Shown here: positions 7,224-16,300 of the stretch, one piece after another
Numbering within the stretch: the first letter of the stretch is position 1
How the letters are laid out: each line of letters starts with the position of its first letter
From: a virus
Taxonomy: Duplodnaviria > Caudoviricetes
IMG/VR virus record: IMGVR_UViG_3300002098_000077
Span: 1-38,024 of that record
Length of the DNA: 38,024 bases
Strand: one strand, 5' to 3'
The notes under the pieces: model-generated
Seen by the model: only the letters and a program-made list of their open reading frames with translations
The model's database searches: none
Told to the model about the DNA's origin: nothing
Program-made: the position numbers and the translations under genes

Positions 7224-7400
7224 ATGAAAAAAATTCAACCTTCTGGCCCCCCAACCCCAACCGAAATTAGAGATGTTTTGCATTTCATGCATAGCATTTT
7301 GGTAGACAACCATGATGACATCATGTTGTGGTTGCCAACTTCACTTGAAGACATGGCTGATTTTTTGACAAACGCAATGACTATTACAGGTACAAAATGA
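7224..7400 (+). CDS. small hypothetical protein (58 aa, MKKIQPSGPPTP...), not in ORF track
   Basis: Hand-translated; ATGA overlap with next ORF. Confidence 0.6.
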   Translation: MKKIQPSGPPTPTEIRDVLHFMHSILVDNHDDIMLWLPTSLEDMADFLTNAMTITGTK

Positions 7401-7510
7401 AATTCCAACCATTGTTTTTTCGCGCCTTGCTTGATTTGTTGGGCGCAACATTTTTGGTTAGCGTAAGCGTTGTTCTTATGTTGGCATACTTTGATGTTTT
7501 AACAAAATAG
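7397..7510 (+). CDS. small single-pass membrane peptide (37 aa), not in ORF track
   Basis: MKFQPLFFRALLDLLGATFLVSVSVVLMLAYFDVLTK; hydrophobic core, AGGT SD. Confidence 0.6.
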   Translation: MKFQPLFFRALLDLLGATFLVSVSVVLMLAYFDVLTK

Positions 7511-7517
7511 GTACAAA

Positions 7518-8045
7518 ATGAAACTTATCTCCGCAGCCTTGGTCAAGGCGCAAAAGGCTTACGGGCCAGCACTTAAAACCAAAAACAATCCGCACTTAAA
7601 ATCCAAGTACGCTGACCTTGCATCATGCATTGAGGCAGTCATTGATGCGCTTAATGACAATGGTATTGCTTTGATGCAAAAAACGCTTTTGGCTGATGAT
7701 GGCGTTATTGTCCAGACTGTGTTTATCCATGAGTCAGGCGAAACAATTGATGCTGGCTACATGAATGTCCCTGCGGTTAAGCACGATCCACAAGGCTATG
7801 GTTCGGCCCTTACTTATGCCCGTAGATATTCGCTTTTAGCTGCCACTGGTTTGGCCCCAGAAGATGATGATGGTCAAGCTGCCAGCAAGCCAGCCAGCAA
7901 GAAAGAATCGTTGACCAATGAGCGATTTGGCAAGGCTGTAGAACGCATTAAAGCCGGTCAGTACACCACCAAGGCGCTGCACGAAACTTTCACGCTGACT
8001 GCTGAACAGCAATCTGCATTAGATCAGGCGCTGGCAAATGCTTAA
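7518..8045 (+). CDS. erf: ERF-family single-strand annealing recombinase
   Basis: NPHLKSKYADL, QGYGSALTYARRYSL, EDDDGQAA. Confidence 0.92.
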   Translation: MKLISAALVKAQKAYGPALKTKNNPHLKSKYADLASCIEAVIDALNDNGIALMQKTLLADDGVIVQTVFIHESGETIDAGYMNVPAVKHDPQGYGSALTYARRYSLLAATGLAPEDDDGQAASKPASKKESLTNERFGKAVERIKAGQYTTKALHETFTLTAEQQSALDQALANA

Positions 8046-8673
8046 GTTATTTCGGGCTTCGTCATTGTCCGAAATAATGACCGATCCAAAAAGCAAGACT
8101 GAAATATTGTCAGTTGGCGCCAAGTCTGCTGTTACGCGGATGGCAAAGGAATTCATCTACGGGTTTAAAGAAGAGGTTTCCAGTAAGTACATGGAAAAAG
8201 GTCTTCGCGTTGAAGACCAATCTATTGAACTGTTGAATTCTGTTTTTTTTACTGATTTCAAAAAGAATATAGAACGCCGAAACAATGAGTGGATCACGGG
8301 CGAGGCTGACATTGTTGACCATGACCAAATCATTGACATTAAATCAAGCTGGAGTCTAAAAACATTTCCTGCACTTGAGTCTGATGGCGCTGACAAAGAT
8401 TATGAATGGCAAGGTCGTGCCTACATGATGTTGTGGGGAAAGCCAAAATTTCACATTGCTTATTGCATGGTTTCTACGCCAGAAGATTTGATTGGGTATG
8501 AGCAAAAAAACATGCATCAAGTCGATCGAATTGAGCGTAATTTGCGAGTGACTTTGGTGACGTATGAAAGGGATTTGGAACTGGAAGAAAAGATCAAAAT
8601 TAAGGTAAATGCAGCCAGAGCATATCTGGAAGAAGTAATTGAACAAATCACAAAGGAACACATTCATGGCTAA
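8038..8673 (+). CDS. YqaJ/lambda-exonuclease-like PD-(D/E)XK nuclease
   Basis: FRASSL, KGLRVE, GEADIV..IIDIKSS, YEWQGRAYM; adjacent to ERF. Confidence 0.85.
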   Translation: MLKLFRASSLSEIMTDPKSKTEILSVGAKSAVTRMAKEFIYGFKEEVSSKYMEKGLRVEDQSIELLNSVFFTDFKKNIERRNNEWITGEADIVDHDQIIDIKSSWSLKTFPALESDGADKDYEWQGRAYMMLWGKPKFHIAYCMVSTPEDLIGYEQKNMHQVDRIERNLRVTLVTYERDLELEEKIKIKVNAARAYLEEVIEQITKEHIHG

Positions 8674-8932
8674 GATCATCAGCGAAATCACTTGCGTCAC
8701 CGGTAGTTATACAAACAGCGAAGGTGCGAAAAAAAATCGTTACCTGCGAATTGGCTCCATCATTGAAACAAAGAATGGGCCAATGTTGAAACTAGACCAA
8801 TTGCCATTGAAAGAAGGCGGTTGGGATGGTTGGGCTTACATCAATGATCCAAAGCCCAAAGAAGAGTATCAGCAGCGCCAAAAGCCCAAGGGCAGTGGCT
8901 TTGATGATATGCATGAAGATATGCCATTTTGA
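8666..8932 (+). CDS. small SSB-like protein
   Basis: Acidic C-terminal tail GFDDMHEDMPF; follows recombinase and exonuclease. Confidence 0.65.
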   Translation: MAKIISEITCVTGSYTNSEGAKKNRYLRIGSIIETKNGPMLKLDQLPLKEGGWDGWAYINDPKPKEEYQQRQKPKGSGFDDMHEDMPF

Positions 8933-8943
8933 AAGATTAAATA

Positions 8944-9177
8944 ATGAACTCATCATTTGAAATTACACCATGTGTGCAGAGCTATGCGTATACGGGAAAT
9001 GGCGTGACATATGTTCCTCATTTTCGCAATCAATCTGTTTTTATCGGGCCGGGGTATCCAAGAAAAAGTACAAAACTTTGGACAGAATCTGAATTGCAAA
9101 AGGCCGGTGCAAAACGCAAGGTAACCATGCTGTGGCCTCGCGGAACAACCGGTGTTGTTAATGATCGGAATCCATAA
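8944..9177 (+). CDS. hypothetical protein
   Basis: 77-aa ORF, TAATG coupling. Confidence 0.65.
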   Translation: MNSSFEITPCVQSYAYTGNGVTYVPHFRNQSVFIGPGYPRKSTKLWTESELQKAGAKRKVTMLWPRGTTGVVNDRNP

Positions 9178-9527
9178 TGGCTACTCATACAAAAGGTGCG
9201 TATATGACAACCAAAAATGTCCTGACTTTTTCGGAAATGTATCGGCTGACAAACTGGCTAATTGAATCTCAAACTGAACTTACAAATTTGACACAAGATC
9301 AAATTGCGAACAAAGCTAGTTTGGCAATGGACTTTGATGTGACAACACCAAATATTGTTCGGGCCGCTTCTGCTGCAAATATTCCCATTGGCGCAAAAAA
9401 TGTTCGCACAGCAATGATGAAGAAAAAAGTCAAATCAGATCAAGCAATTATGGCGCAAGCTATTTGCAATTTGTATCTGAAATTGGGTGAGTTAATCCCA
9501 ACTGATTTAAGCAATTTAGTAGAATAA
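9177..9527 (+). CDS. hypothetical protein (possible HTH); start may be 9204
   Basis: ORF; LTQDQIANKAS helix pattern. Confidence 0.65.
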   Translation: MATHTKGAYMTTKNVLTFSEMYRLTNWLIESQTELTNLTQDQIANKASLAMDFDVTTPNIVRAASAANIPIGAKNVRTAMMKKKVKSDQAIMAQAICNLYLKLGELIPTDLSNLVE

Positions 9528-9532
9528 TTTTA

Positions 9533-9612
9533 GGGGGAAAGCGGATGCTGGATTCGCCAAAAGCGTGTCGTTACTTGGAACCCCATGTAGCAAACAGTGC
9601 AGCGAGTACCCC
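9533..9612 (+). ncRNA. candidate structured RNA with loop-E/sarcin-ricin-type motif
   Basis: GGGG-GAA...AGUA-CCCC, inner GCUG/CAGU stem, hairpins CGC-CAAAA-GCG and GUUACUUGG-AACC-CCAUGUAGC. Confidence 0.55.
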
Positions 9613-9630
9613 ACCTTTTTAAAAGAATAT

Positions 9631-9837
9631 ATGACAATATTTCAAGAATTAAAACAGACGTTTAAGACGCCAACGCCGCTACAAGTTGCCGCCAGCGAAT
9701 TAGCAGCAGCAGAACTTGAATTGTTAAAGGCTGAAACTGGTGTTGAATTTGCCGCTTCGCTGGTGATGTTTAACAAACAACGCATTAAACGTCTGAAAGC
9801 ATTTTTGGTTGAGCAAGGAAAGAAAAAAACATTATGA
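9631..9837 (+). CDS. hypothetical coiled-coil protein
   Basis: Start moved to MTIFQELK (9631); ATGA overlap downstream. Confidence 0.7.
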   Translation: MTIFQELKQTFKTPTPLQVAASELAAAELELLKAETGVEFAASLVMFNKQRIKRLKAFLVEQGKKKTL

Positions 9838-10028
9838 ATTCGATTAAAGACAATGTGACATTGCGCGATTATTTTGCTGGAATTGCTTTGCCTATATTAA
9901 TGCAAAGAGCATATGACATTGAAGATGAAGGATGTTGCGGCGATTCAAATGTTCATGCACTTCTTCGCATTCATACAAAAGAAGCATATCGCTGGGCAGA
10001 TGCAATGCTTGAAGCAAAAACAAGATGA
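9834..10028 (+). CDS. conserved small phage protein
   Basis: TLRDYFAG...AYRWADAMLEA motif common in phages. Confidence 0.8.
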   Translation: MNSIKDNVTLRDYFAGIALPILMQRAYDIEDEGCCGDSNVHALLRIHTKEAYRWADAMLEAKTR

Positions 10029-10537
10029 AACCTAAAAAAATTCATACTGTTGAATCGCTTCACGCCATGTGCGTTGACGAAGGCGACTGCTGGAACTGGA
10101 ATGGTTACATGGCGAATAAATCGCCGTATGTCAATCACGAAGGAAAGATGCAGTCTGTGCGCCGGTTGCTGTTCAGGTTGACTGAAAAAAAGGCAATGCC
10201 AAAAGCCAAGTATTACGCAAGTACTTGTGGCAATGTGGCTTGTGTTAATCCAGATCATCTTACATCAAGGTCGCCAAAACTTCACGCAAAAGTCATGGGG
10301 AAAAAGGTCAATCAAAACGCCTTAATTCGCCGCACAAAGCTGCAAATATCAAGCCGTAATAGACCGGCTTCAAAACTGACGCGAGAACTTGCAGACCAGA
10401 TTTACGAAGACACAAGAACAAGCAGAGCAATTGCCGCAGATTTTGACATTAGCCGATCAATGGTATCTAACATTAAATCAGGAAAATCATGGGTAAACCT
10501 TTCAGCAGCGATCAATCCTTGGGTGGGTCTACTGTGA
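10025..10537 (+). CDS. HNH-like (likely degenerate) protein with C-terminal HTH
   Basis: DCWNWNG, CGNVACVNPDHL, SKLT...SRAIAADFDISRSMVSNIKSGKSW. Confidence 0.8.
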   Translation: MKPKKIHTVESLHAMCVDEGDCWNWNGYMANKSPYVNHEGKMQSVRRLLFRLTEKKAMPKAKYYASTCGNVACVNPDHLTSRSPKLHAKVMGKKVNQNALIRRTKLQISSRNRPASKLTRELADQIYEDTRTSRAIAADFDISRSMVSNIKSGKSWVNLSAAINPWVGLL

Positions 10538-10752
10538 CCGCGTTGGACATTCAAGTTGGTGGTGATCATTACAAAAATCTTGCCATCCAACCGGCAGAAT
10601 ACATTCACGCTAATAACATTGGGTTTTTTGAGGGAAACGTAATCAAGTACGTTAGCCGGTGGCGTCAAAAAAACGGTATTGCTGACTTAGAAAAAGCAGC
10701 ACATTACATCGATCTTTTAATTGAACTAGAAAGTAAAAAAAATGAGTTTTAG
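10534..10752 (+). CDS. DUF3310 (SaV-like) protein
   Basis: QVGGDHY..IQP..FFEGNVIKYVSRWRQKNGIADLEKAAHY; GTGA overlap start. Confidence 0.88.
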   Translation: MTALDIQVGGDHYKNLAIQPAEYIHANNIGFFEGNVIKYVSRWRQKNGIADLEKAAHYIDLLIELESKKNEF

Positions 10753-11044
10753 CGCGGTAGAACTACAAATTATTCGTTGGGCTGAAGATCGAAAGATCAT
10801 CCCCAACAGCACCCCAGCAACGCAATTGCTCAAAGCCATGAGCGAGTTGGGCGAACTGGCTGATGCCACCATTAAAAATGACCGGCCAGCCATCATGGAT
10901 GGCGTTGGTGATGTGATGGTTTGCCTGATCAATTATTGTGCATTGCAAGACATTGATCTGGTCAAATGTATGCACATGGCCTATGCGGAAATCAAAGACC
11001 GCAAAGGGATGCTACTGCCTAACGGCGTGTTTGTTAAGCAGTAA
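10742..11044 (+). CDS. MazG-like NTP pyrophosphohydrolase
   Basis: KAMSELGELADA...DGVGDVMVCL...AYAEIKDRKG. Confidence 0.88.
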   Translation: MSFSAVELQIIRWAEDRKIIPNSTPATQLLKAMSELGELADATIKNDRPAIMDGVGDVMVCLINYCALQDIDLVKCMHMAYAEIKDRKGMLLPNGVFVKQ

Positions 11045-11624
11045 GAATCGTCAGCGCGATTTGGATGTGCTTGATTCGGTCGACAAGGCCGGTCAAGCCT
11101 CCATTAATCTTTTGAGTCATGCCATTGTAATCAGCCGCGTCAGCCTCTTTATTGAGGTTTCGCTTATTCCAGTACCAACCAGCAGTCAAAGCAGCGTAGC
11201 TAGGCTGTAGGACGTTTTCTGGCGTATGAATAAAGTCTGCGCGAAGTGCGTCACCCGCCAGTGTGTAATTTTGCTTGCCGGTGATCTGGATCAAGCCGCG
11301 CCCAATGTATTTCCAGCCATCGCCAATGTCGGTGTTTCCCATGCGGCCAGCATAAATTTTATTGGCAATCTTTTCGGGGTTTCGGTTGTATGGCTGTGCG
11401 TCATCAAGTGATGTAAACCGGCTGGGCCAAACACGGCAAAGTGCTTCAGCCGAATAATTCAGATTTTCTTGCAGCGAACGAAAATTGTTTGATTCATGCT
11501 GGCATTGACCGATAAATGCAGCTTGTCGTTTTGGCGTATTGATTTCATACCGGTTGAATGTTTCTGTCAACGGATCAAACCATTTTGGATCAATGTCCAA
11601 TGCTTTTAAATGCGCGAGATTCAT
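11034..11624 (-). CDS. endolysin, glycoside hydrolase family 19
   Basis: AAFIGQCQHES, ENLNYS, GRGLIQITGKQNY, TQKINGGLTGLVDR. Confidence 0.93.
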   Translation of the reverse strand: MNLAHLKALDIDPKWFDPLTETFNRYEINTPKRQAAFIGQCQHESNNFRSLQENLNYSAEALCRVWPSRFTSLDDAQPYNRNPEKIANKIYAGRMGNTDIGDGWKYIGRGLIQITGKQNYTLAGDALRADFIHTPENVLQPSYAALTAGWYWNKRNLNKEADAADYNGMTQKINGGLTGLVDRIKHIQIALTILTA

Positions 11625-12010
11625 TTTGCCGCAACGCCGTTAATTTTTTCGACCGTGCGAAGTGTTCCAAGGCCAAGTAAGCCAAACAAAACAGGCATCA
11701 TTTCGGTCAGATTTGCAGGGGCAATATCTAGTGGATGGCCCCAGATTGTTAAAGCTAACTTGGCAATAGGTAGGCCAACCCAATTCCAGACGCAAGCCAT
11801 GCCGCAAACCCAGCCAATAAACGGACGCCAGCCTGAGACAAATACAGATGGATTGGCAGCTTCAACTTTATTAATGTCAAGCTGTCCTTGCACCACCATG
11901 ACTGCCGCAGCAAGTTGCTGTTTTTCTGCTTCAGTTTTATCCGGCCAGATTTTATTAATTACTGTACTGGCTAAATCAGATACAGCGCCAAGACCAATTA
12001 AATCAGTCAT
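11621..12010 (-). CDS. 3-TM holin (GTA holin-like)
   Basis: INKVEAA..FVSGWRPFIGWVCG, LFGLLGLGTLRTVEK. Confidence 0.88.
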   Translation of the reverse strand: MTDLIGLGAVSDLASTVINKIWPDKTEAEKQQLAAAVMVVQGQLDINKVEAANPSVFVSGWRPFIGWVCGMACVWNWVGLPIAKLALTIWGHPLDIAPANLTEMMPVLFGLLGLGTLRTVEKINGVAAK

Positions 12011-12228
12011 TTATCTACCTTACCATCAATTTTTTCAAAGATTTTATTAAGCATTGTTTTTATTTCATCAATATCTCTGTGATAGTCATTTTTTGTAACA
12101 TAAGTAAGTGGCATATTTCGGACATCTACATCAAGTCGTTCAATAGATCGAGTAATATTATTTAAAACCCACCCACCAAAAAATGCGGCAACACCAACAA
12201 TGATGTTAAACAATGATTGCGTTTCCAT
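12007..12228 (-). CDS. small membrane-anchored coiled-coil protein (lysis-associated)
   Basis: N-terminal TM helix plus coiled coil, coupled to the holin. Confidence 0.7.
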   Translation of the reverse strand: METQSLFNIIVGVAAFFGGWVLNNITRSIERLDVDVRNMPLTYVTKNDYHRDIDEIKTMLNKIFEKIDGKVDK

Positions 12229-12254
12229 GTGCTACCTACTTAAAACAATAAAAA

Positions 12255-12695
12255 TTACTCAGGCTTAATAGGCCAAATAACAATTGTAGGGAAATTTGTT
12301 TGTAATGACAAATCCCTTAAAGATTGCCGGTAAATTACCCAAGGTTGCTTGTCAATCAAAACATCTGGCAATTGAGTCCAATCAGATTCTTGCAATAATG
12401 CATCTCGTTTTGACTTTATATTATTTGCCAATACTTGCAATTCTTGTTCAGTTAAAGTCCGAATATTCCATTGCTGTGTCCATACTCCATTAATTTGAAT
12501 AGGTGCGACTTCTTCAGCGATCATTGATGGCGAAGTTAAAGGTTGCGTTTGAAGTACAACAGGAAATACCGACCATTCTGCAAGACGCTCATCTGATATT
12601 GCATCAGGAAAACTTGTATTTGAATTATCGGCTCTTAATTGATGATATGAATAAGGATACACATCAATTAAATTGTTATTTAATTTTACAAACAT
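12255..12695 (-). CDS. tail fibre assembly chaperone-like protein
   Basis: RDALLQESDWTQLPD...WVIYRQSLRDL...FP..VIWP. Confidence 0.85.
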   Translation of the reverse strand: MFVKLNNNLIDVYPYSYHQLRADNSNTSFPDAISDERLAEWSVFPVVLQTQPLTSPSMIAEEVAPIQINGVWTQQWNIRTLTEQELQVLANNIKSKRDALLQESDWTQLPDVLIDKQPWVIYRQSLRDLSLQTNFPTIVIWPIKPE

Positions 12696-12702
12696 ATAAA
12701 CC

Positions 12703-13326
12703 CTAGTTTTTCAATTCAATCAATACACCAATTGGAGATGAATTTGCACTCAATGTAACTGTTCTTACAGTCCATTCAAGCGTTTTTAACAGATATGCAC
12801 CATATGCTGGATACGTTACATTTGGCATGGTAGTTACAGTAGGCGTACCGCTTATATTTGTTGTTGTTTGGTTAAAATGCGACCAAACTATTAATGACCG
12901 TCCTGATCTATCTGCCGCTTGAATTGTAGGAGTAGAAAAAGAAGTTGTAGCAACACTACTTGAAGACAATGAAAATGTTGTTCCTACTCCAGATACATTT
13001 CTTGCTATCATGCCAGTAGAGTAAACCGTTGCGCTTGTTCCAGTACCAGTAAAAGTTACTGTATCAGAAGCTGTACTTGTGGCAATTTTATAAACAGCAA
13101 TAACAATTCTAGTGCCGGTGTTACCAATTGCATTAAGAATTTTTGTCCAACCAGATGTAAAGGTTGGATCAGTAGTTTGTTGACTACCAGCAACTGCCAA
13201 TAAAAAATCACCAACTTTATGGCCGGAAAAAGTCACTGATGTAACACCGGATGTTATGCCAGTACCAGCAATAGTAGATATTACTTGGATTGGTGGTCGC
13301 GCCATTCTCAATTGATTAGATAACAT
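12703..13326 (-). CDS. Thr/Ser-rich beta protein, probable fibre tip / receptor-binding subunit
   Basis: MLSNQLRMA N-terminus, beta-rich composition, TAATG coupling to the fibre gene. Confidence 0.65.
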   Translation of the reverse strand: MLSNQLRMARPPIQVISTIAGTGITSGVTSVTFSGHKVGDFLLAVAGSQQTTDPTFTSGWTKILNAIGNTGTRIVIAVYKIATSTASDTVTFTGTGTSATVYSTGMIARNVSGVGTTFSLSSSSVATTSFSTPTIQAADRSGRSLIVWSHFNQTTTNISGTPTVTTMPNVTYPAYGAYLLKTLEWTVRTVTLSANSSPIGVLIELKN

Positions 13327-16300
13327 TACGCACTACCCACTAATGCACCATAGGTGACTGTTCCAACTTTCCACAATTCAATAACTGTATAACCAGTTGT
13401 TGCCAATACGGGCGCACTTCCTCCAACCCAAGAAATAGTAAACCACGTAATCGAATATGCAGTGCCATCATCAATCATTAAAGTTACAGATTGCCCAGCA
13501 TTTAAACTATTTGTTGGGGTGCTGCTGGCACTTAACGTCCAAGTTTGAATAGTACCATTTGCCACTGATATAGCTGGAGTTGTACCTGTTATTGCAAAAA
13601 TTGTTTCCGTGTATCCAATAAAAGTTTTATTGGTAAAAGTTTGCGATCCAATTAAAGTCGCCACTGTCGCATCAATAGCAATTGTTCCTGTGGTTGTAAT
13701 AGTCCCACCACTCAGGCCAGTACCAGCAACAATTGAGGTAACAGTACCGCTTCCCCCACTACCACCTGTTGAATTAATAGTTTGATTAGGCCATGATCCA
13801 GTGATCGTGACGTTTGTTCCTGCGACTAAAGCGGGTGTTGCTGTACCTGTACCGCCATTTGCGACTGCAACAGTTCCCGTCACATTTGCGGAATTGCCAG
13901 AAATATTTCCACTGACTTGTGAGCCGGGCAAACTTAATGCACTTAAAGTTGTAAGTGTTGAGTTGCTTGTTCCGGTAATATTTGCAGCAGTACCAGTAGT
14001 ATTTTGATTAAAGGTAGGCCATGTAAATGTGCCAGTTGAAAAGTTTCCTGATGTTGGCGTACCCAATACCGGAGTTACTAAAGTTGGACTAGTTGCAAAA
14101 ACGTTAGCTCCTGAGCCAGTTTCATCAGTCAATGCCGTCAACAATTGCAATGAAGTGAATGAACCTAATGACGTAGCATTTCCAAATGATGTAACCGCGC
14201 CAGTCAAATTTGCATTTGTTACAACTGTTGTGGCGTTTCCAACTGAAGTTACACCGCCTGTCAAATTGGCATTGGTCACAACCGTAGTTGCATTTCCTAC
14301 TGAAGTTACCATGCCAGTTAAATTTGCATTTGTAACCACAGTTGCAGCATTACCTACTGACGTTACGCCACCAGTAAGATTGGCGTTTGTAGTAACCGTT
14401 GCAGCATTTCCTGTGGTATTTTGATTCCAAGTAGGAACAGTACCTGTTAATCCAGAATAGGCAACATTAGTTGCAGTCGCAGCATTGCCAGTTGTATTCT
14501 GATTTAACGTAGGAATATCAGTAGCAACAACTGCACGAAATACAGGGACGCCAGCAGCCCCATTTGGAGCAGCTAAAACAAAGTTTGCAGTTTTACTTGC
14601 ATATGGATTTAGCGTATCACCATATGCGGCAGACAAACTGATTGCTGGCGTTGTACCGCCGCTAGATGCTATAGGTGAAGTCCCAGTGACAGAAGTAACA
14701 GCACCTGTTCCTTGGTTTCCAGCAACAGAAACTGCCCATATTGCAAATGTGCCAGACCCACCAATCAAATCAACGTTAACCACCATCGATGTTCCAGAAA
14801 AGGATGTGATGATCCCTTCCATGAAATTGCTTGGCGTTGTTGTATAAGCAAACCGAACCCGCGTCCCAACAGTAAATGCAGTTGTTGTCGCAGGAATGCC
14901 AACGGTAAACGTTTTGCTGCCTGTGGCAATTGTGGTACTTGTCGTAGACGTTTGACCATAATAACCAATACCAATCTGAGACTGCGCGCCAATGGTAACG
15001 ATTAATGACGGTGATTCAGGAACAGCAGGGCCAGTTGTAGCAGGAAATGTGATTAGCTGGACATTGGCAATATCTGAGTGCCAAACCAATTCAAGATAAT
15101 CAGCAGCAGCTAAACTTAAAACATAGTTCCAGCTAATAATTTGCAAGCCATTGTTTGCGCCATGTTTAGCGGGGACGCCATTTGTACCAGCGCCATCAGT
15201 TAAATCAACACCATTGAGTCGCAACCAAACCGATACGTCTGCAATAGCGGAATTTGGATTTGATAACTGAGCGCTAAACTGTAAGTTATAAATACCCGCG
15301 TTGGCTACTGTTATCTTAGTGCCCCCCACAATACTGACGCCATTCTGCAAGTCAATTGAACCGATGTTCATGACATACGCAGTAGTCGTACTGGTAGCCG
15401 TTACCGTTGATGTATCGTGATAAGCGCCGTAGTAACCTACAGCACCAGCTAAAGCGGTTGCACTTGTCCATGTAGGTGCTCCAGCGCCAGCAGATGTTAA
15501 AAACTGCCCCGATGATCCTGTAGGCGTATACGCCAAAGCAGTACCAGTTCCATAAGTAACACCGCCCAACGTTGGCGTTGCTGACGTATTTGTACCGCCA
15601 TTTGCAATCGGCAAAGCAGTGCCAGAATAAGTTAACGCCAATGTTCCAGCAGTTGTGATCGGATTTCCCGATACAGATAGAAATGATGGCGCAGTTAAAT
15701 CGACAGAAGTTACCGACCCAGCACCAGTTCCATTTGCGCCGTTATAAACTTGAAATGTGGTCTGGGTGCTATTGCTGTAATAAATCGTGTATGTATCTAG
15801 CGTACCCGGCGCGTGTGTGCCGCTTGTCAGAACCACCGATGTGATGCTGACGCCGTTTGTCCCGTTGGTTCCATTCGTACCATTTGTGCCGTTTGTGCCA
15901 TCAGCGCCGCGAGGAACAGTAAAGTTAAAAACAGCAGACGAACTTGATCCTGAATTTGTGACTATGGCAGACGTTCCCGCTGCGCCGGTAGTCGTAGTAC
16001 CAACCGCAATAGTTGCAGCAGCACCGGGCGTTCCCGTGCTTCCTGTGGCCCCTGTGTCGCCGCGAGGAATCGTAAAGTTAAAAACAGCAGCAGATGATGT
16101 ACCGGAATTAGAAACAGTTGCAGATGAACCAGCCGCCCCAGTTGTAGTTGTGCCAGCAGCGATTGTTGCCGCAGCGCCATTTAAACCATTTGCGCCTGTG
16201 GCTCCGGTATCTCCGCGAGGAATGGTGAAATTAAACACCGCCGCTGAACTTGTCCCAGAGTTTGTGACTGATGCTGATGTTCCAGCCGAACCGGTGGTAG

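Noticed and set aside
9533-9615. tRNA gene
   Set aside because: tRNA-like size but no TTC-containing T-loop arm, D-arm or 7-bp acceptor stem
14165-14393. Regular ~57-bp repeats resembling a CRISPR array
   Set aside because: Degenerate at third codon positions, no unique spacers, in-frame within the fibre gene, no cas genes
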